Shown: one piece after another, positions 19,571-30,263 of the stretch | Layout: the number at the start of each line of letters is the position of its first letter | Numbering within the stretch: position 1 is the first letter of the stretch | NCBI GenBank assembly: GCA_963764975.1 | Contig: CAVXUF010000002.1 | Coordinates: forward strand, 467,809 to 531,808 | DNA from: an uncultured Chloroflexia bacterium | Lineage (GTDB): Bacteria; Chloroflexota; Limnocylindria; Limnocylindrales; CSP1-4 | Reading direction: 5' to 3' | Length of the DNA stretch: 64,000 nt | Program-made: the position numbers and the translations under genes | Notes under the pieces: model-generated | What the model saw: the letters and a program-made list of their open reading frames with translations, nothing else | Told to the model about the DNA's origin: nothing | Databases searched by the model: none

Positions 19571-20035
19571 GTGGATCCCGTCACGTTCGTGCCGCCTGAC
19601 TTCGTCGTCCCGTCGTCCCTCGAGACGCCGCTGCTCCGCCTCGAACCGCTCGGGCCCCAGCACAACGAGCCCGACTACGCCGCCTGGACGTCGTCGATCG
19701 AGCACATCCGCCGAACGCCGGGCTGGGCCGATGAGAAATGGCCGGACGGGCGCTCCATCGAGGACAATCTGCGCGATCTCCGCCGTCACGCCGATGACTA
19801 CGAGCACCGGCGCGGGTTCACCTACACCGTGCTCGATCCTGCCACCGCCGACGTCATCGGCTGCGTCTACATCTACCCGATCCCGGATGCGCCGCGCCGC
19901 GCCGAAGTCCAGTCGTGGGTGCGCGCAAGCCGCGCCGAGCTCGACGTGCCGCTCTGGCGCGCCGTCAGCGATTGGCTCGACGCCGAGTGGCCCTTCGAGG
20001 ATGTGACGTACGCGGAGCGTCAGGACGCGTCATGA
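19571..20035 (+). CDS. GNAT-family N-acetyltransferase-like protein
   Basis: [21 protein letters not shown]...GFTYTVLDP...IGCVYIYP...SWVRA. Confidence 0.75.
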   Translation: MDPVTFVPPDFVVPSSLETPLLRLEPLGPQHNEPDYAAWTSSIEHIRRTPGWADEKWPDGRSIEDNLRDLRRHADDYEHRRGFTYTVLDPATADVIGCVYIYPIPDAPRRAEVQSWVRASRAELDVPLWRAVSDWLDAEWPFEDVTYAERQDAS

Positions 20036-20182
20036 GGCGAAGGCACACTGCGGACGGACTCGAACTGCCAACGCGGGCCGTATGAGAGCCTCGGTGAGCT
20101 ACGGGGCCGTTCCCCGCCTCGACTCGCATACCCTTTCCGATACCGGGGTCGCGTTCGATCGCGGAAGTGCCTCGAGGTCGCC

Positions 20183-20734
20183 GTGCCACCGAAGTCGGCT
20201 GCATTCCACCGGATCGCGCGAGAGGTCCTCGGTCCACCACTGGCCGAGCTCGGCTTCAAGCGACCTCGCGACGTCGGGCTGGGTGGATGGCGCCGAGACG
20301 AACCGAGTGGCTCCTGCGTCCTCTGGACACAGCTAAGCCACAGCAACTACGGAGATGACCCGGCGGGCTATCAATTCGTCGTCGAGCTCCAATGGGGCCG
20401 GGCGCAGGTCGACGGATGGGGCCATCACCGCTCCCGGCTGTACCAACTCCTGACCGAGGTCGAGCGGGTCGAGCACCAGGAGATCCACAACGAGGTCATC
20501 GCCAAGACCCGTCCGAATCCCGATGTGCTCGCGTTTCTCGCGTCCCAGGACGTGTCGGTTGACGTCGAGAGGTATCGCGCTGGGTTCGAAGCGAGACCGC
20601 AGCCATTCGACCTCTCGGACGATGTCTGGTTTCCGTACACCGACGAATCCGACGTTCGAAGGTGGATGGCGTTCGTCGCGGCGGTGCTCCCAGGAACCAT
20701 CGAGCGCCTCCGGGCGATCGCCTCGGAGGGCTAG
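20183..20734 (+). CDS. hypothetical protein
   Basis: 183-aa coding-like ORF. Confidence 0.55.
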   Translation: MPPKSAAFHRIAREVLGPPLAELGFKRPRDVGLGGWRRDEPSGSCVLWTQLSHSNYGDDPAGYQFVVELQWGRAQVDGWGHHRSRLYQLLTEVERVEHQEIHNEVIAKTRPNPDVLAFLASQDVSVDVERYRAGFEARPQPFDLSDDVWFPYTDESDVRRWMAFVAAVLPGTIERLRAIASEG

Positions 20735-20772
20735 CGGGCGCCACGCCGATGGCCAGCCGCCGGGTCGCAAGG

Positions 20773-21303
20773 TCAAGCGGGCACGTAGGTCAACCTGATC
20801 ACGTCCTCGTCCATCTGATCATGCGCGATGAGGCGGAGCGGCGGACGTGGTCCGGCGAAATATGGCTGCCCACTGCCGAGCACGACGGGGTGCAGGTAGA
20901 TCCGATACTCATCGATCAGCCCGAGCTCGGTGAGGCTCCGCGCCAAGTTGGGTCCGGCGACTTCGATCTCCCCGTCCCGCTCCGCTTTCAGTTCGCGGAT
21001 CGTGCGCTCGAGATCGCCCTTCACAAGCGTGGCGTTGGCGCCGACCGACTCCAGCGTGCGCGAAACGACCCATTTCGGCATGTTCCGCCACGCCGCCGCG
21101 AAGGCGCGCTCGTCGTCGCTGAATTCCGGTTGATCGTCGTCCCAATACCGCATGACCTCGTACATCACGCGACCGTACACGCTGCCCGCCTGTCCCTGCG
21201 CCTCCTCGATGAAGTGGCGGAAGAGCGTCGGGCTCGGCCCGAACGCCGTGTGGTCGACGTAGCCATCCAATGACTGGTTCATCCCGAACACGAGCTTGGC
21301 CAT
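20773..21303 (-). CDS. dihydrofolate reductase / RibD C-terminal family protein
   Basis: MNQSLDGYV, YGRVMYEVM, PKWVVSRTL, GLIDEYRIYLHPVVLGSG. Confidence 0.92.
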   Translation of the reverse strand: MAKLVFGMNQSLDGYVDHTAFGPSPTLFRHFIEEAQGQAGSVYGRVMYEVMRYWDDDQPEFSDDERAFAAAWRNMPKWVVSRTLESVGANATLVKGDLERTIRELKAERDGEIEVAGPNLARSLTELGLIDEYRIYLHPVVLGSGQPYFAGPRPPLRLIAHDQMDEDVIRLTYVPA

Positions 21304-21632
21304 CCCGCATCCTTCCTACCGCGTCTGCGCGGCCTGAGCTCCCTTGCTCCGACGGTGGCCGCAAGGCGCCTTCGGTGCCACGAGCAACGCTTCCGAGCCT
21401 TGGGCATCGCCGGCCATCAACAACGACGGCGTAGCCTAGTACGCTGGCCTGGTTGGTGCGTACGACCGTCAGCGGTGTTTCGCAGTGCGGGCACCAGCGG
21501 ATCGCGATGAACCATTGATTCGCGGGGCCAGAACTCGTATCGGACGTCGTGGCGTGGCCGAATACGACCTGCGCGTTCGCGACGATCGCCCCTACTCTTG
21601 CTCCACCGCATGCCGATCGCTGGAGATGGCCG

Positions 21633-22223
21633 ATGACGCTCGTCGATCTCGCGCCGCTGCTCGCCGCGGCCTTCGCGGTGCCCCAGTTCGTGCCGCAGGT
21701 CCGCAAGGTCCTTCGCACTGGCGACACCTCCGGCGTCTCGTGGAGCTGGGCAGCCCTCGCGAGCGTCAATAACGCGGCCTGGTTCGCGTACTTCTTCCTG
21801 TCCGGATACTGGACCGCGTTGGTGCCGGTGGCGTCGGCGTCATCCTTGGCCGGAGTGCTCGCCGTGATCCTGGCTCGCCGCGGCAAGGCCAGCGTGCGCT
21901 CAGGAGTCGCCGTAGCCGCATGGGCGACAACGGTGTTGCTCGCCCTCGCGGCCGGGGGCCTCGCCGGGCTCGGTACGCTCCTCACCGTCGCCTTCCTGCT
22001 CCAGATGGCGCCGTCGCTGTGGACCGGCTACCGAACGACGAATCCCAGTGGGATCTCCCGTGGCACCTGGCTACTCGTTCTCGGGGAGCTCTCGTGCTGG
22101 CTCACCTACGGTCTGTACCAGGGCGACCAACGGCTGATCGTCCTCGGCGTCAGCGGCATCCTTGCGAGTTCGTTGATGCTCGCTCGCACGGTGCGGGTCG
22201 CGAGGCTCCTGCCCACCGCGTGA
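21633..22223 (+). CDS. PQ-loop repeat membrane protein (SWEET-like)
   Basis: FVPQV...TGDTSGVS and QMAPSL...NPSGIS double PQ-loop. Confidence 0.75.
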   Translation: MTLVDLAPLLAAAFAVPQFVPQVRKVLRTGDTSGVSWSWAALASVNNAAWFAYFFLSGYWTALVPVASASSLAGVLAVILARRGKASVRSGVAVAAWATTVLLALAAGGLAGLGTLLTVAFLLQMAPSLWTGYRTTNPSGISRGTWLLVLGELSCWLTYGLYQGDQRLIVLGVSGILASSLMLARTVRVARLLPTA

Positions 22224-22392
22224 TCGCTCCTCTGACGCTCGGGTCGCGCGACGTGGCGGCGCCTTGACACCCACCCCGACGAGCACGTTCGCTGACGTCG
22301 GCTGGAACTGGCGCCCCCGGACGGCCAAAGGGGCTCGACGGTGCCGGTGTCAGACCCCCTCGCATGGTACATGGGGGTCGCAGCCTGACAGG

Positions 22393-23589
22393 CTAGGCGC
22401 CGTTGTCGAACGTCTCCGACAGCGCCTCGACGAATTCCTCCGGCTTGACCACCCGCACGTAGTTGCCAAGACGGGCGGCATCCTCACGCAGACGCGAGAA
22501 CGAGATATACCGGCAACTTCGCGCGAGAGGCTTGCGCAGTGCCTTGGCGAACGTGGGTCGGTTGATTTCCTCGCGCACCTTCGCGCGCCTCTCGTCCGGC
22601 GCGACGATATACAGCGGGATGTTGAGGTTCGGCGACAGGGCGAGCAGGTCGGCCATGCGCAGCAAGCCCGAGTAGACGGCCGTCGTCGCCTCCACCTCAA
22701 ACGCCGCGATGATGGCTTCGTCCCGGAGCCACAGCACGTCGATCCGCTCGATGCGCCTCACCATCTCAGGAGCGAATTGCACCGGCAGGTCGTCGACCAC
22801 GCCCAGCGTGTCACCGAGGCGCTGGCCTCTATAGACGCGCCCTCGGTCGCCACGATCGACCCAAAGCTGGAGGCCCATCGCGCTGCCCAATTCGAGGAGG
22901 AGCCCCTCGATTTCCGTATGCGCTTTGACCTCGACGACGCTGCGCCCCTCCTCGTCACCCACAATCGGGGCGACCGCCGCCGGAAGCTCCGGCTCGGTTG
23001 CTCCGGCATCGTCGCTGGGCGCATCGGTCGGTTCCAGCGCCAGGGGCTCCTCGCGCGCGGCCCGAGGCGGCTCCTCCTTCCCCAGCCGCGTGCTCCGGGT
23101 CAGGTGGGCCTTGTTGTACGGACGCTCGACAGGGTTGGCCGCCGCATCGCGAATGGCCTCGATGATCATCTCCGCGTCAACGGGCGCAATGTGCTGGGGG
23201 GACCCAAAGAAGTGCCCCTCCCAGCCCCGCGGAGGATTCTTCAACTTCTCGTACCAGCTGAAGCGCGTCACGAGCGACTCGACGGGGATTGCGGTCTCCG
23301 GCTTCAACTGCACTACGACACGGGACCGAACACGAGCGGGAAAGGCCTCCGCCGACCAGACCACCGTCTTGTCGTCTTGGTACGGGGCTGACGTGACCTC
23401 CAAGATCCCGATGAAGCGGGAGATCCCGGTCAGGTAGCAGAGCATGTAGTCGCCGGGCTTCATCTGCTTGACGTAGCCCCACCGGCTGAGGCGAAACCCG
23501 GAGATGCTCGCCCCGGCGGCCAAGAACTCCTGCCACGTCTTCCACGTGAACAGGTCCAGCCAATACGACCGTTCGTTCCCTTCGGTCAT
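22393..23589 (-). CDS. EVE domain + C-terminal PD-(D/E)XK nuclease (putative modification-dependent restriction enzyme)
   Basis: YWLDLFT..TWQEF...MKPGDYMLCYLTG EVE/PUA-like domain; IDVLW...AAFEVEATT nuclease motif. Confidence 0.8.
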   Translation of the reverse strand: MTEGNERSYWLDLFTWKTWQEFLAAGASISGFRLSRWGYVKQMKPGDYMLCYLTGISRFIGILEVTSAPYQDDKTVVWSAEAFPARVRSRVVVQLKPETAIPVESLVTRFSWYEKLKNPPRGWEGHFFGSPQHIAPVDAEMIIEAIRDAAANPVERPYNKAHLTRSTRLGKEEPPRAAREEPLALEPTDAPSDDAGATEPELPAAVAPIVGDEEGRSVVEVKAHTEIEGLLLELGSAMGLQLWVDRGDRGRVYRGQRLGDTLGVVDDLPVQFAPEMVRRIERIDVLWLRDEAIIAAFEVEATTAVYSGLLRMADLLALSPNLNIPLYIVAPDERRAKVREEINRPTFAKALRKPLARSCRYISFSRLREDAARLGNYVRVVKPEEFVEALSETFDNGA

Positions 23590-23629
23590 GGCCGAAGCAT
23601 ACCGGGCACCGATGCGCCGCGACGCTCTT

Positions 23630-23921
23630 CTCGTAGGGCGACCTCAGCGAGGCCGACTGCCGCAAGCAGAAGCGGGAAACCGAGGCGGCGATGGCGGCGA
23701 TCCCGCAGGAGCCCGACAAGGTGGTCCTGTTCGACCAGCGCCGGGCCGTCGTCCAGTCGCTCGGGGACGAAATCGCCCAAATGACCCCCGAGGGCATCCA
23801 GCAGGTCGACGCCCTCCTCGTCGAGAGGGTGGAGACGTCCGACCGGCACGTGACGCGGGTCATCTGGGCGGGAGCGGCGCGGCCGTTTGTTGGACCAGTC
23901 TTGGCCACCGAACTTCGATAG
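23630..23921 (+). pseudogene. C-terminal remnant of a large serine recombinase
   Basis: GDLSEADCRKQKRETEAAMAA...LLVERVETSDRHVTRVIW resembles the coiled-coil/C-terminal segment of large serine recombinases; no catalytic domain upstream. Confidence 0.45.
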
Positions 23922-24063
23922 CCTCGGTCGCCGAGTGGCGGTCTGGCTGTCAATCATGAGCGTTGCCTAACCAATCCCGAAAATGGGCTTCCGGGACCGA
24001 ATGTTCAGATTCCGACAAGCGTAGGTCGCCGAATGTTTGTCACGGGTTACAACATGAGGATCG

Positions 24064-25759
24064 GTGACCGACTTGGCTTGTCAACTGTTGGCCCAAGCCT
24101 GGTTGCATACCTGTTTTGAACCTCGTGATCGTACCCATAGCTGGACCGCCGGAGGTGAAGCCGGGGAATGTATTGGTCTTTGGGGTCTTTTTACCGCCGG
24201 AGTATCGTCCACCGATGGCCGCCGACACATGGGTCGCCCCTTGACTTCTCCGGCCAGCAAACGCTGTTCGTGCGGCGGCGGCTGCCGGCGCGCGCTCACA
24301 GCCGATCTCGTTTCGCTACTCGATGGCGCCGCCGACGGCTACGAGGCCACCACCGGGACCCGCCCTCGTGGTTTCTGCTGTCCACTCTGCCTTCGTCTGC
24401 TTGATCGCGGCTGCGCCTCGCGTGCACACTACCCGGCCGAGCAGGTGGGCGGTCGTCGCTGGACCCTGCTATGCACGGCCTGCAACAGCTTCCTGGGCAC
24501 CGCTTACGAGTCCGACGCGCACCGTCATTGGACCGCAGCCGAACCCGAGGTGCGTGTCGCCTCATCGACCGTGCGAGGTGCGTGTCGCCTCATCGACCGT
24601 GCAATCTCTGCGCGTCGATGCGAAATGAAAGCGATTGGATGACGCCGAACAGCCAGGCCTCGACATCCGGTCCATAACTGGTCGTGACGACCCAGGCCTG
24701 CGACGCTTTGTCGAGGGTCTTGCGGCATCAGATCGGCGAATCCGGCTGACTGTCCAGTGGCCAGTGCCTGACCACGTCAGGCTCGCCGCAATGAGCTGGG
24801 CGTACCTGCATGCATTCGCTCGCCTCGGCTACGGCTACATCCTGACGCCGGCTCTTGATCCGGTGAGGCGCGCTCTGATTGAGCCGAGTACGTCGGGCCC
24901 CGTCCCCCCAACGATCGCTCTATTTGGCGAAGGGAGGGTGCTTTCCGCCGGCGATCTATCGCTCGTGATGGCCGTTCGTCGATCGCCGTTCAACTACGGG
25001 CTCGTCGGTCTTGGTGTCGACTTCGGAAGCGTTACCGGCGTGCTCCCGATATCGGCCGATCGCGAGGCGGCCTGCTATCCGAACCTTGAGCGGCTCCTAG
25101 CCGTCGGCAGTCCGTGGATCGTGGACATCGCGCCCATCGAGAGGATCATTCCGGCGGCCGTCGGCACCCATTTGAAGGAGCACTTCACTCTCACGACCGG
25201 ACCGTATGACGTGGCGGTGACAACTCGCGAGATGGCAGCCGAGGTGGTAATGGACTCGGCGATCACGCCAGAGCGTCGGCGCGTCAGGCGTCAGTCTCGT
25301 TTCCCACCCGAAGAGCCTCCGGGTCGAGCCCCCGACCACCTAACGAGCCAGGAGTGGCGGGGCCTGCTGGAGGCTGCCGTCACAGACTTCTCGCCGGCGA
25401 GTCCCGTTCCCTCGCAGGCGCGCGGAGTAGCCTCGCTCCTGCGCCTCCTGCCGTCAGCACGTCGGCGCCACTTTGTCGATCTCCGCCACGTCCTCGTCGA
25501 GGAAGGGTCGAGCGCCCGGATCGAAACGGTCAATGGCGACCAGATCCTGGCGGGAATGCGACGTCTTGAGCAACAATTCAAGCTCGTCGATCGCCCGCGG
25601 ATCGTGCATCGCGAAATGGAGATCGGCACTCCTCCTCGTCCCTGGTATTGGGCCCGCATCACGTGGCCTGACGAGACCGTCGAGGACGTTGGCCCGTGCC
25701 TATCCCGTGGGACGCTGCTCGTGCAACTTAGTGAGCACCTGCTCCTGTCGAAACGATAG
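24064..25759 (+). pseudogene. HNH-type endonuclease, disrupted
   Basis: CPLC...AHYP...LCTACNS HNH-like motif; 28-bp tandem duplication (24547-24602) shifts the frame; TGA at 24626-24628 is in frame with ORF 24635-25759. Confidence 0.55.
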
Positions 25760-25982
25760 GCTCACCCTCGCACTGACACGGCCAGGATGATCAGGTCACC
25801 CTCGTCTCGCTGGTAGCCGAGGCGCTCCATCTCCAGGGGCCATTTCTGCCGGAGGCTCGGCTCCCAGAGACTGACCCAGCCTGGCAGGCGGCGGTGTATG
25901 GGCGAGGGTCGCCAAGGCTTCCGCACGGCGACCAGCGCAGAAGAGGCTATGCCTCCTGCACTGCGTCATCGACAATGGCAAC

Positions 25983-27593
25983 GTGCACGCGCCCGTTCGG
26001 CCTGACGACCCTGCGCAGAACGAGGCCCAAGCTTGGTTTCTCGGTCTCGGCGCCGACGCACGACTGCCGTTGGCAACGCGCTTCTACGAAGAAGGCAGGC
26101 ACAGCGGAACGTTCTGCGCTCTTGCCCCCACGTCGTACCGGGCAAAGGCCCTAAGCGCACCGGGGTGGGACATTGGTCACGGATCGCACGGCCCAGGCTT
26201 CATGATCGAGCGAGCCGGGGACGAGGAAGTCACCACCTACGTGAGCAACTCGTCGGCGCCGGTGGAGCCCCTGGTACTGGATCGGGACTTTCACGGAGTT
26301 GGGGCTTCCTATCGAGAACTGGCTCAGGAGTTCCGGCTGTTCCATCGACTCTACAGTGACCCTGGATCTGGTCGCCTATTCCAGTTCGACGATGCCGGGA
26401 ACGAGACGCTAGCCGGCGAACTCGCAGCAGATCATGTTTGGGTTTTGACCTCGCTGGTTCGGCAATACCAAGCGGCAAGGCAGCTCGATCTGCTCCTGTT
26501 CATCGACAGTGGCGTCTACTACGACGCGTCACTCACAACTCCGGCCGAGCGGGAGTGGGTCACGCCGGACCTGAATGCGCGGCTCAGCGTCGGAACCGCC
26601 GGTGGACGGCCTTTGAGCAAATTCCTCGCCACCCGAGTCCTGCCTCCCCCACCAATCGAGGCCTCCGGCATCTGGCCCTTCGAAGCGGCCGATACCTACT
26701 TTCCGGACTACATCATCGGCACGAACGACGTTGGGGACCCCATTCGCTTTACCTGTGATCCCGACAAGCTCGCTAACTACTTCGGCGCTAACCCAGGCGC
26801 ACCGAACTACCTGACGCCAGTGCACTTTCGACGCGAAGTTCTCGTGAAGTACTTCGGTCGCCCTGATCTCTACCGGGTCGAGGATGGGTACCTCCGGTGC
26901 CGAGCCTTGTGGGGCCTGAGGATGGACAACGACTCACCCGACACCGTCATCGTCTGGCTTGGCGATCTCGGCCTGTACCTACCGGCGGCGGAGCGGGACT
27001 ACTGGCGCGCATTCAATGTCGCCCCAGCTCGGCCGATCAGTGACTCCACGTATCAGCGCGCGATCCTGGGGCAGTTCGCTGACTCGACGTCGGAGGACCT
27101 GCGTTTTCGAGCGATCTACCGTCGCATTGGCAAGGCGTGGCTGGACCGATTTGGGTGGGCACTGTTCTTGGAGCCCGAGCCGGGCGACGCACACCTGCTC
27201 GACTCCGTGCGTCTCCCGCTGCACGACACCGACGCAGAGCTTGAGGAGACGACCCGAACCTTGGCGAAGTTGCTTGTGGACTCGCTCAACGAGGCGGCCA
27301 TCGCGCGCTCATTGCCGGAGGGCCCTGAGGGCGAGAAGGGCATCTCCAAGCTCGACCGCTGGTTCACCGAGTTCGGATACCCAAGCCGCGAGCGTGACAT
27401 CGCCTTTCTGCGAAGTCTCCAGCTCGTGCGCTCCAAGGGAGCGGCCCACCGAAAAGGCAGGGACTACGAGAAGGCCCTGGAACGCGCATTTGGAACCAAA
27501 CGCAAGGGCGACGCCGCGGGTGACCTCCTCCAGAGATCGGTCCTCATGTTGCAGGACCTGATGACCTTCGTGGCTCCGGAAGCCGGGACGTAG
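25983..27593 (+). CDS. hypothetical protein with C-terminal HEPN-like RxxxxxH motif
   Basis: Long ORF with LTPVHFRREVLVKY and helical C-terminus ending LQLVRSKGAAHRKG. Confidence 0.65.
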   Translation: MHAPVRPDDPAQNEAQAWFLGLGADARLPLATRFYEEGRHSGTFCALAPTSYRAKALSAPGWDIGHGSHGPGFMIERAGDEEVTTYVSNSSAPVEPLVLDRDFHGVGASYRELAQEFRLFHRLYSDPGSGRLFQFDDAGNETLAGELAADHVWVLTSLVRQYQAARQLDLLLFIDSGVYYDASLTTPAEREWVTPDLNARLSVGTAGGRPLSKFLATRVLPPPPIEASGIWPFEAADTYFPDYIIGTNDVGDPIRFTCDPDKLANYFGANPGAPNYLTPVHFRREVLVKYFGRPDLYRVEDGYLRCRALWGLRMDNDSPDTVIVWLGDLGLYLPAAERDYWRAFNVAPARPISDSTYQRAILGQFADSTSEDLRFRAIYRRIGKAWLDRFGWALFLEPEPGDAHLLDSVRLPLHDTDAELEETTRTLAKLLVDSLNEAAIARSLPEGPEGEKGISKLDRWFTEFGYPSRERDIAFLRSLQLVRSKGAAHRKGRDYEKALERAFGTKRKGDAAGDLLQRSVLMLQDLMTFVAPEAGT

Positions 27594-27661
27594 CGCCGAA
27601 CCGCGTGACAATTCATCGCTGAGCTGTCGGGCGATCCCGTTCTCCTCTCTGCCACGATGAG

Positions 27662-29119
27662 CTAGGCGACGAGGTTGCCACGACGAGGCTTGTCGGGCCT
27701 CGGATAGCCGAGCCGAACGAGTTCGTCCTTCCACAGTCGATTGAGGATGGCCTGTCGAAGGCTGACGTTCCGCGGCAACAACTTGCTGACCTGATGTCGG
27801 CTCGGATATCTGCCCTCAGCGTGGATTGACCGAATCGCCGCCAGGATTAGGTCCTGCCGATGCCGTTGAGCTTCCATGGATTGGTCCTCGACTAATTGAA
27901 GATGGCGCTCTCGAATGAGCCGGCATTCGTCGGGATACAGCCGACTGAGCTGACGGGCGTCGACACGAAGGTCCCTTCGCACCGACCGAAGCGACGGTGG
28001 GACCTCCTGGCCGACGGCCGCGCGAAGCTTCCTTCTTACTCGGTTCCAGTCGAGGACGCGGTGTGTCTCCGTCGACTTCGGGATGTATGGGACCAGGGTC
28101 GGGCCCATGGTCAATTCAAGAAGCGTTACGCGACCAGCGAGGAAGTCGGGAAGGCGAAAGCCTGACGCGGCACAGATCCTGAGTGCGCCACCGATCGTCG
28201 GCCTGCGACGTCCGTCCTTCCACAGGCTGACGGTCCCCGCGCTCATCTGGATCATGTCCGCAAAGCGGATGTACTTGCCACCGGTACTGCGCTCGACCGC
28301 AAGTTGAACAGCGGCCGACGTTGCCACCGGGCTAACCACTTCGCCCGCGGCGGGAGGGTTCGCGATGAGATCGCAGAGGGCCGCCGTGACGTACTCCTGC
28401 CAGTTCAAGACGCGCTCATCGAGGTCCCCTTCGACGGCCTTCACGGCCTCCCATGCGACGCCGAGGAAGCGTCCGCATTCGCAGTAACCGGGCCGTGCCC
28501 ACGCTGCTAACGTCCCCCGCTTGGCTCGACAGCTCGGATCTGAGCAGGCCGACCTGAGCTTGACCCCGTGTCGGATGCATACCTCGAGTTCGGTGAACTG
28601 CCAGAGCAGCGGCTCATAGATGCCGGCAGGCGGTTGTGCGGCGGCGCCAATGGCGGGGCTGGGGACTGGATGGCTCCATTCGAAGTAGCAGCAAGGGCAG
28701 TAGGCGCGGTGGATGCGAAAGGCTCGCTTGGTCGGGAGGACGGGCGCCCAACCAAGGAGCGTCGTCGACCGGATGTCCTCTCGTCCCGTGAGCCGGCCCA
28801 AAGCCTCCGCGATGATCTCGCCGGTGTTCCATGGCCCGATCAGCGTTGAGCGGGGTTTGCGCAGGAGGTCTCGAGTGACGGCCTCGTAGTCAGCCCGAGT
28901 ACGACCTGGCCGCGTCGCGTCACTTCCGGCGTCGGCGATCCAATGCAGGAGCTCGACTGGCGGGATGCGGTGGTCCCAAGCGAGTCCGATGACGTAGCCA
29001 GCGAGGCTGACGACCATGCCGGTTCCCGTGTACTCGGGCGCTCGTCCTTGGAGGACGCTGCGTTCCGGCCACTTCTCAGCGCTGAAGTCCCAGCCCGCGG
29101 GATTCTGTTTGTCAGACAT
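27662..29119 (-). CDS. tniQ: TniQ/TnsD-family target-selection protein
   Basis: Zn motifs YCPCCY, YEPLLWQ...CIRHGVKLRSAC, GYCECG; central XRE-like HTH; overlaps the tnsC stop. Confidence 0.85.
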   Translation of the reverse strand: MSDKQNPAGWDFSAEKWPERSVLQGRAPEYTGTGMVVSLAGYVIGLAWDHRIPPVELLHWIADAGSDATRPGRTRADYEAVTRDLLRKPRSTLIGPWNTGEIIAEALGRLTGREDIRSTTLLGWAPVLPTKRAFRIHRAYCPCCYFEWSHPVPSPAIGAAAQPPAGIYEPLLWQFTELEVCIRHGVKLRSACSDPSCRAKRGTLAAWARPGYCECGRFLGVAWEAVKAVEGDLDERVLNWQEYVTAALCDLIANPPAAGEVVSPVATSAAVQLAVERSTGGKYIRFADMIQMSAGTVSLWKDGRRRPTIGGALRICAASGFRLPDFLAGRVTLLELTMGPTLVPYIPKSTETHRVLDWNRVRRKLRAAVGQEVPPSLRSVRRDLRVDARQLSRLYPDECRLIRERHLQLVEDQSMEAQRHRQDLILAAIRSIHAEGRYPSRHQVSKLLPRNVSLRQAILNRLWKDELVRLGYPRPDKPRRGNLVA

Positions 29120-30263
29120 CGTCTGGCTCCGCTTCGCCAACGGGGTCATCCTCGAGGCCACGTTCACCCGGTCTCAGGGTGCGAGGGTCGTCGTAGTTGA
29201 CCGTGGGACGTGGAGGTGCAATGTCTTCCTGGACCGTCGATGGCGCGGTGCCCTCGAGGATCGCGATCACGTCGTCGATGGTCACACTCGCCTCCTCGGC
29301 AATGCGCTTCTCGAAGGCAACGAACCGATGCGCCAGCGACCGGAGTTGATGCGGCTGGAGAGGCACCCGCTCCCCCAACACGTCCTCAGCCGTGTACTTG
29401 GCTGGACGCTCGGCAAGAAGCCTGTTCGCACTGGCGATCCAACGATGCAACCTGGCCACCGAACCGACGCTGTAGGCCATCAGGAAGCTGAGCACGTCAT
29501 CACTTGCTGCAGGGGCCTTGGCGCCCATTACGGCAAGTTCGAGCGCAGCGATACGAGCGAACTCGAGTCGGTCTTTGTGCCCGCGGGTCGATTGATAGCG
29601 CGGAAGGTAGACCTCTGCAACGGCTGTTGACGTCGTGCGGTATTCGAGGACCTCGAAACCTCCGCTGAGGACCAGAATGACCCCGGCAGCCGCGGCGAAC
29701 TGGGCGAGCATCTCGGCCCCATCACCCGGCACGGCGACCGGGATTCGTCGTCCTCGCCGCTCGAAGCGGGTCACGACGACCACCTTGACCTTCCGATGCT
29801 CGCATTCGCTCGCGGCCGCGATCAGCTGGTCGGCGCATTCCTTCAGCTGTGCCCGTCGCCCCAGCACCCAACCTGCCGAAACGGATCGAAGCTCGCTGGA
29901 CGGGACCTGTACATCGGACCGGGCCGCTCCGAGCTTGCCCTGGATCTCCGCGAAAAGCGTGCGGAGGTCGAGCACGCCCTTACGATCGAAGGTCGCCAAG
30001 ACTGGGACCACTGGCGAAAACGATGGGTCGCGAAGCATCTCGAGACGGTGTCCGTAGGCAAACATGTTCGCGCCAATCAGCGTCGCGGCGTCGCAGTCTT
30101 CCCCGGTCGGTCCGTACACGAGAATCAGGGAACCTGCCTGCTCGGTTGAGAGGAGGGATCCGAGACGGTCCACGGCGACCTTTTGGAGCCGGTGCGCCGC
30201 GGGAGTCGCTTCCGCGTTGTCTGAGTCCGGCGCAGGCAGACCACGGGCGATCGCAAGGGTCAC
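29112..30263 (-). CDS. tnsC: TnsC/TniB-like AAA+ regulator with degenerate Walker motifs
   Basis: Lies between transposase and TniQ; LILVYGPTG(EDCD), VILVLSG.FE, VYLPRY, SVGSVARLHRWI match the TnsC layout. Confidence 0.65.
   Translation of the reverse strand: MTLAIARGLPAPDSDNAEATPAAHRLQKVAVDRLGSLLSTEQAGSLILVYGPTGEDCDAATLIGANMFAYGHRLEMLRDPSFSPVVPVLATFDRKGVLDLRTLFAEIQGKLGAARSDVQVPSSELRSVSAGWVLGRRAQLKECADQLIAAASECEHRKVKVVVVTRFERRGRRIPVAVPGDGAEMLAQFAAAAGVILVLSGGFEVLEYRTTSTAVAEVYLPRYQSTRGHKDRLEFARIAALELAVMGAKAPAASDDVLSFLMAYSVGSVARLHRWIASANRLLAERPAKYTAEDVLGERVPLQPHQLRSLAHRFVAFEKRIAEEASVTIDDVIAILEGTAPSTVQEDIAPPRPTVNYDDPRTLRPGERGLEDDPVGEAEPDDV

Noticed and set aside
23960-24130. AT-richer stretch with TGT and GACAA/TTGTC motifs as a Tn7 end
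   Set aside because: I could not find regularly spaced TnsB-site repeats or a matching opposite end by eye; left unassigned
24547-24602. 28-bp repeat pair as a mini-CRISPR or homing array for the Tn7-like element
   Set aside because: Copies abut with no spacer and lie inside a coding region
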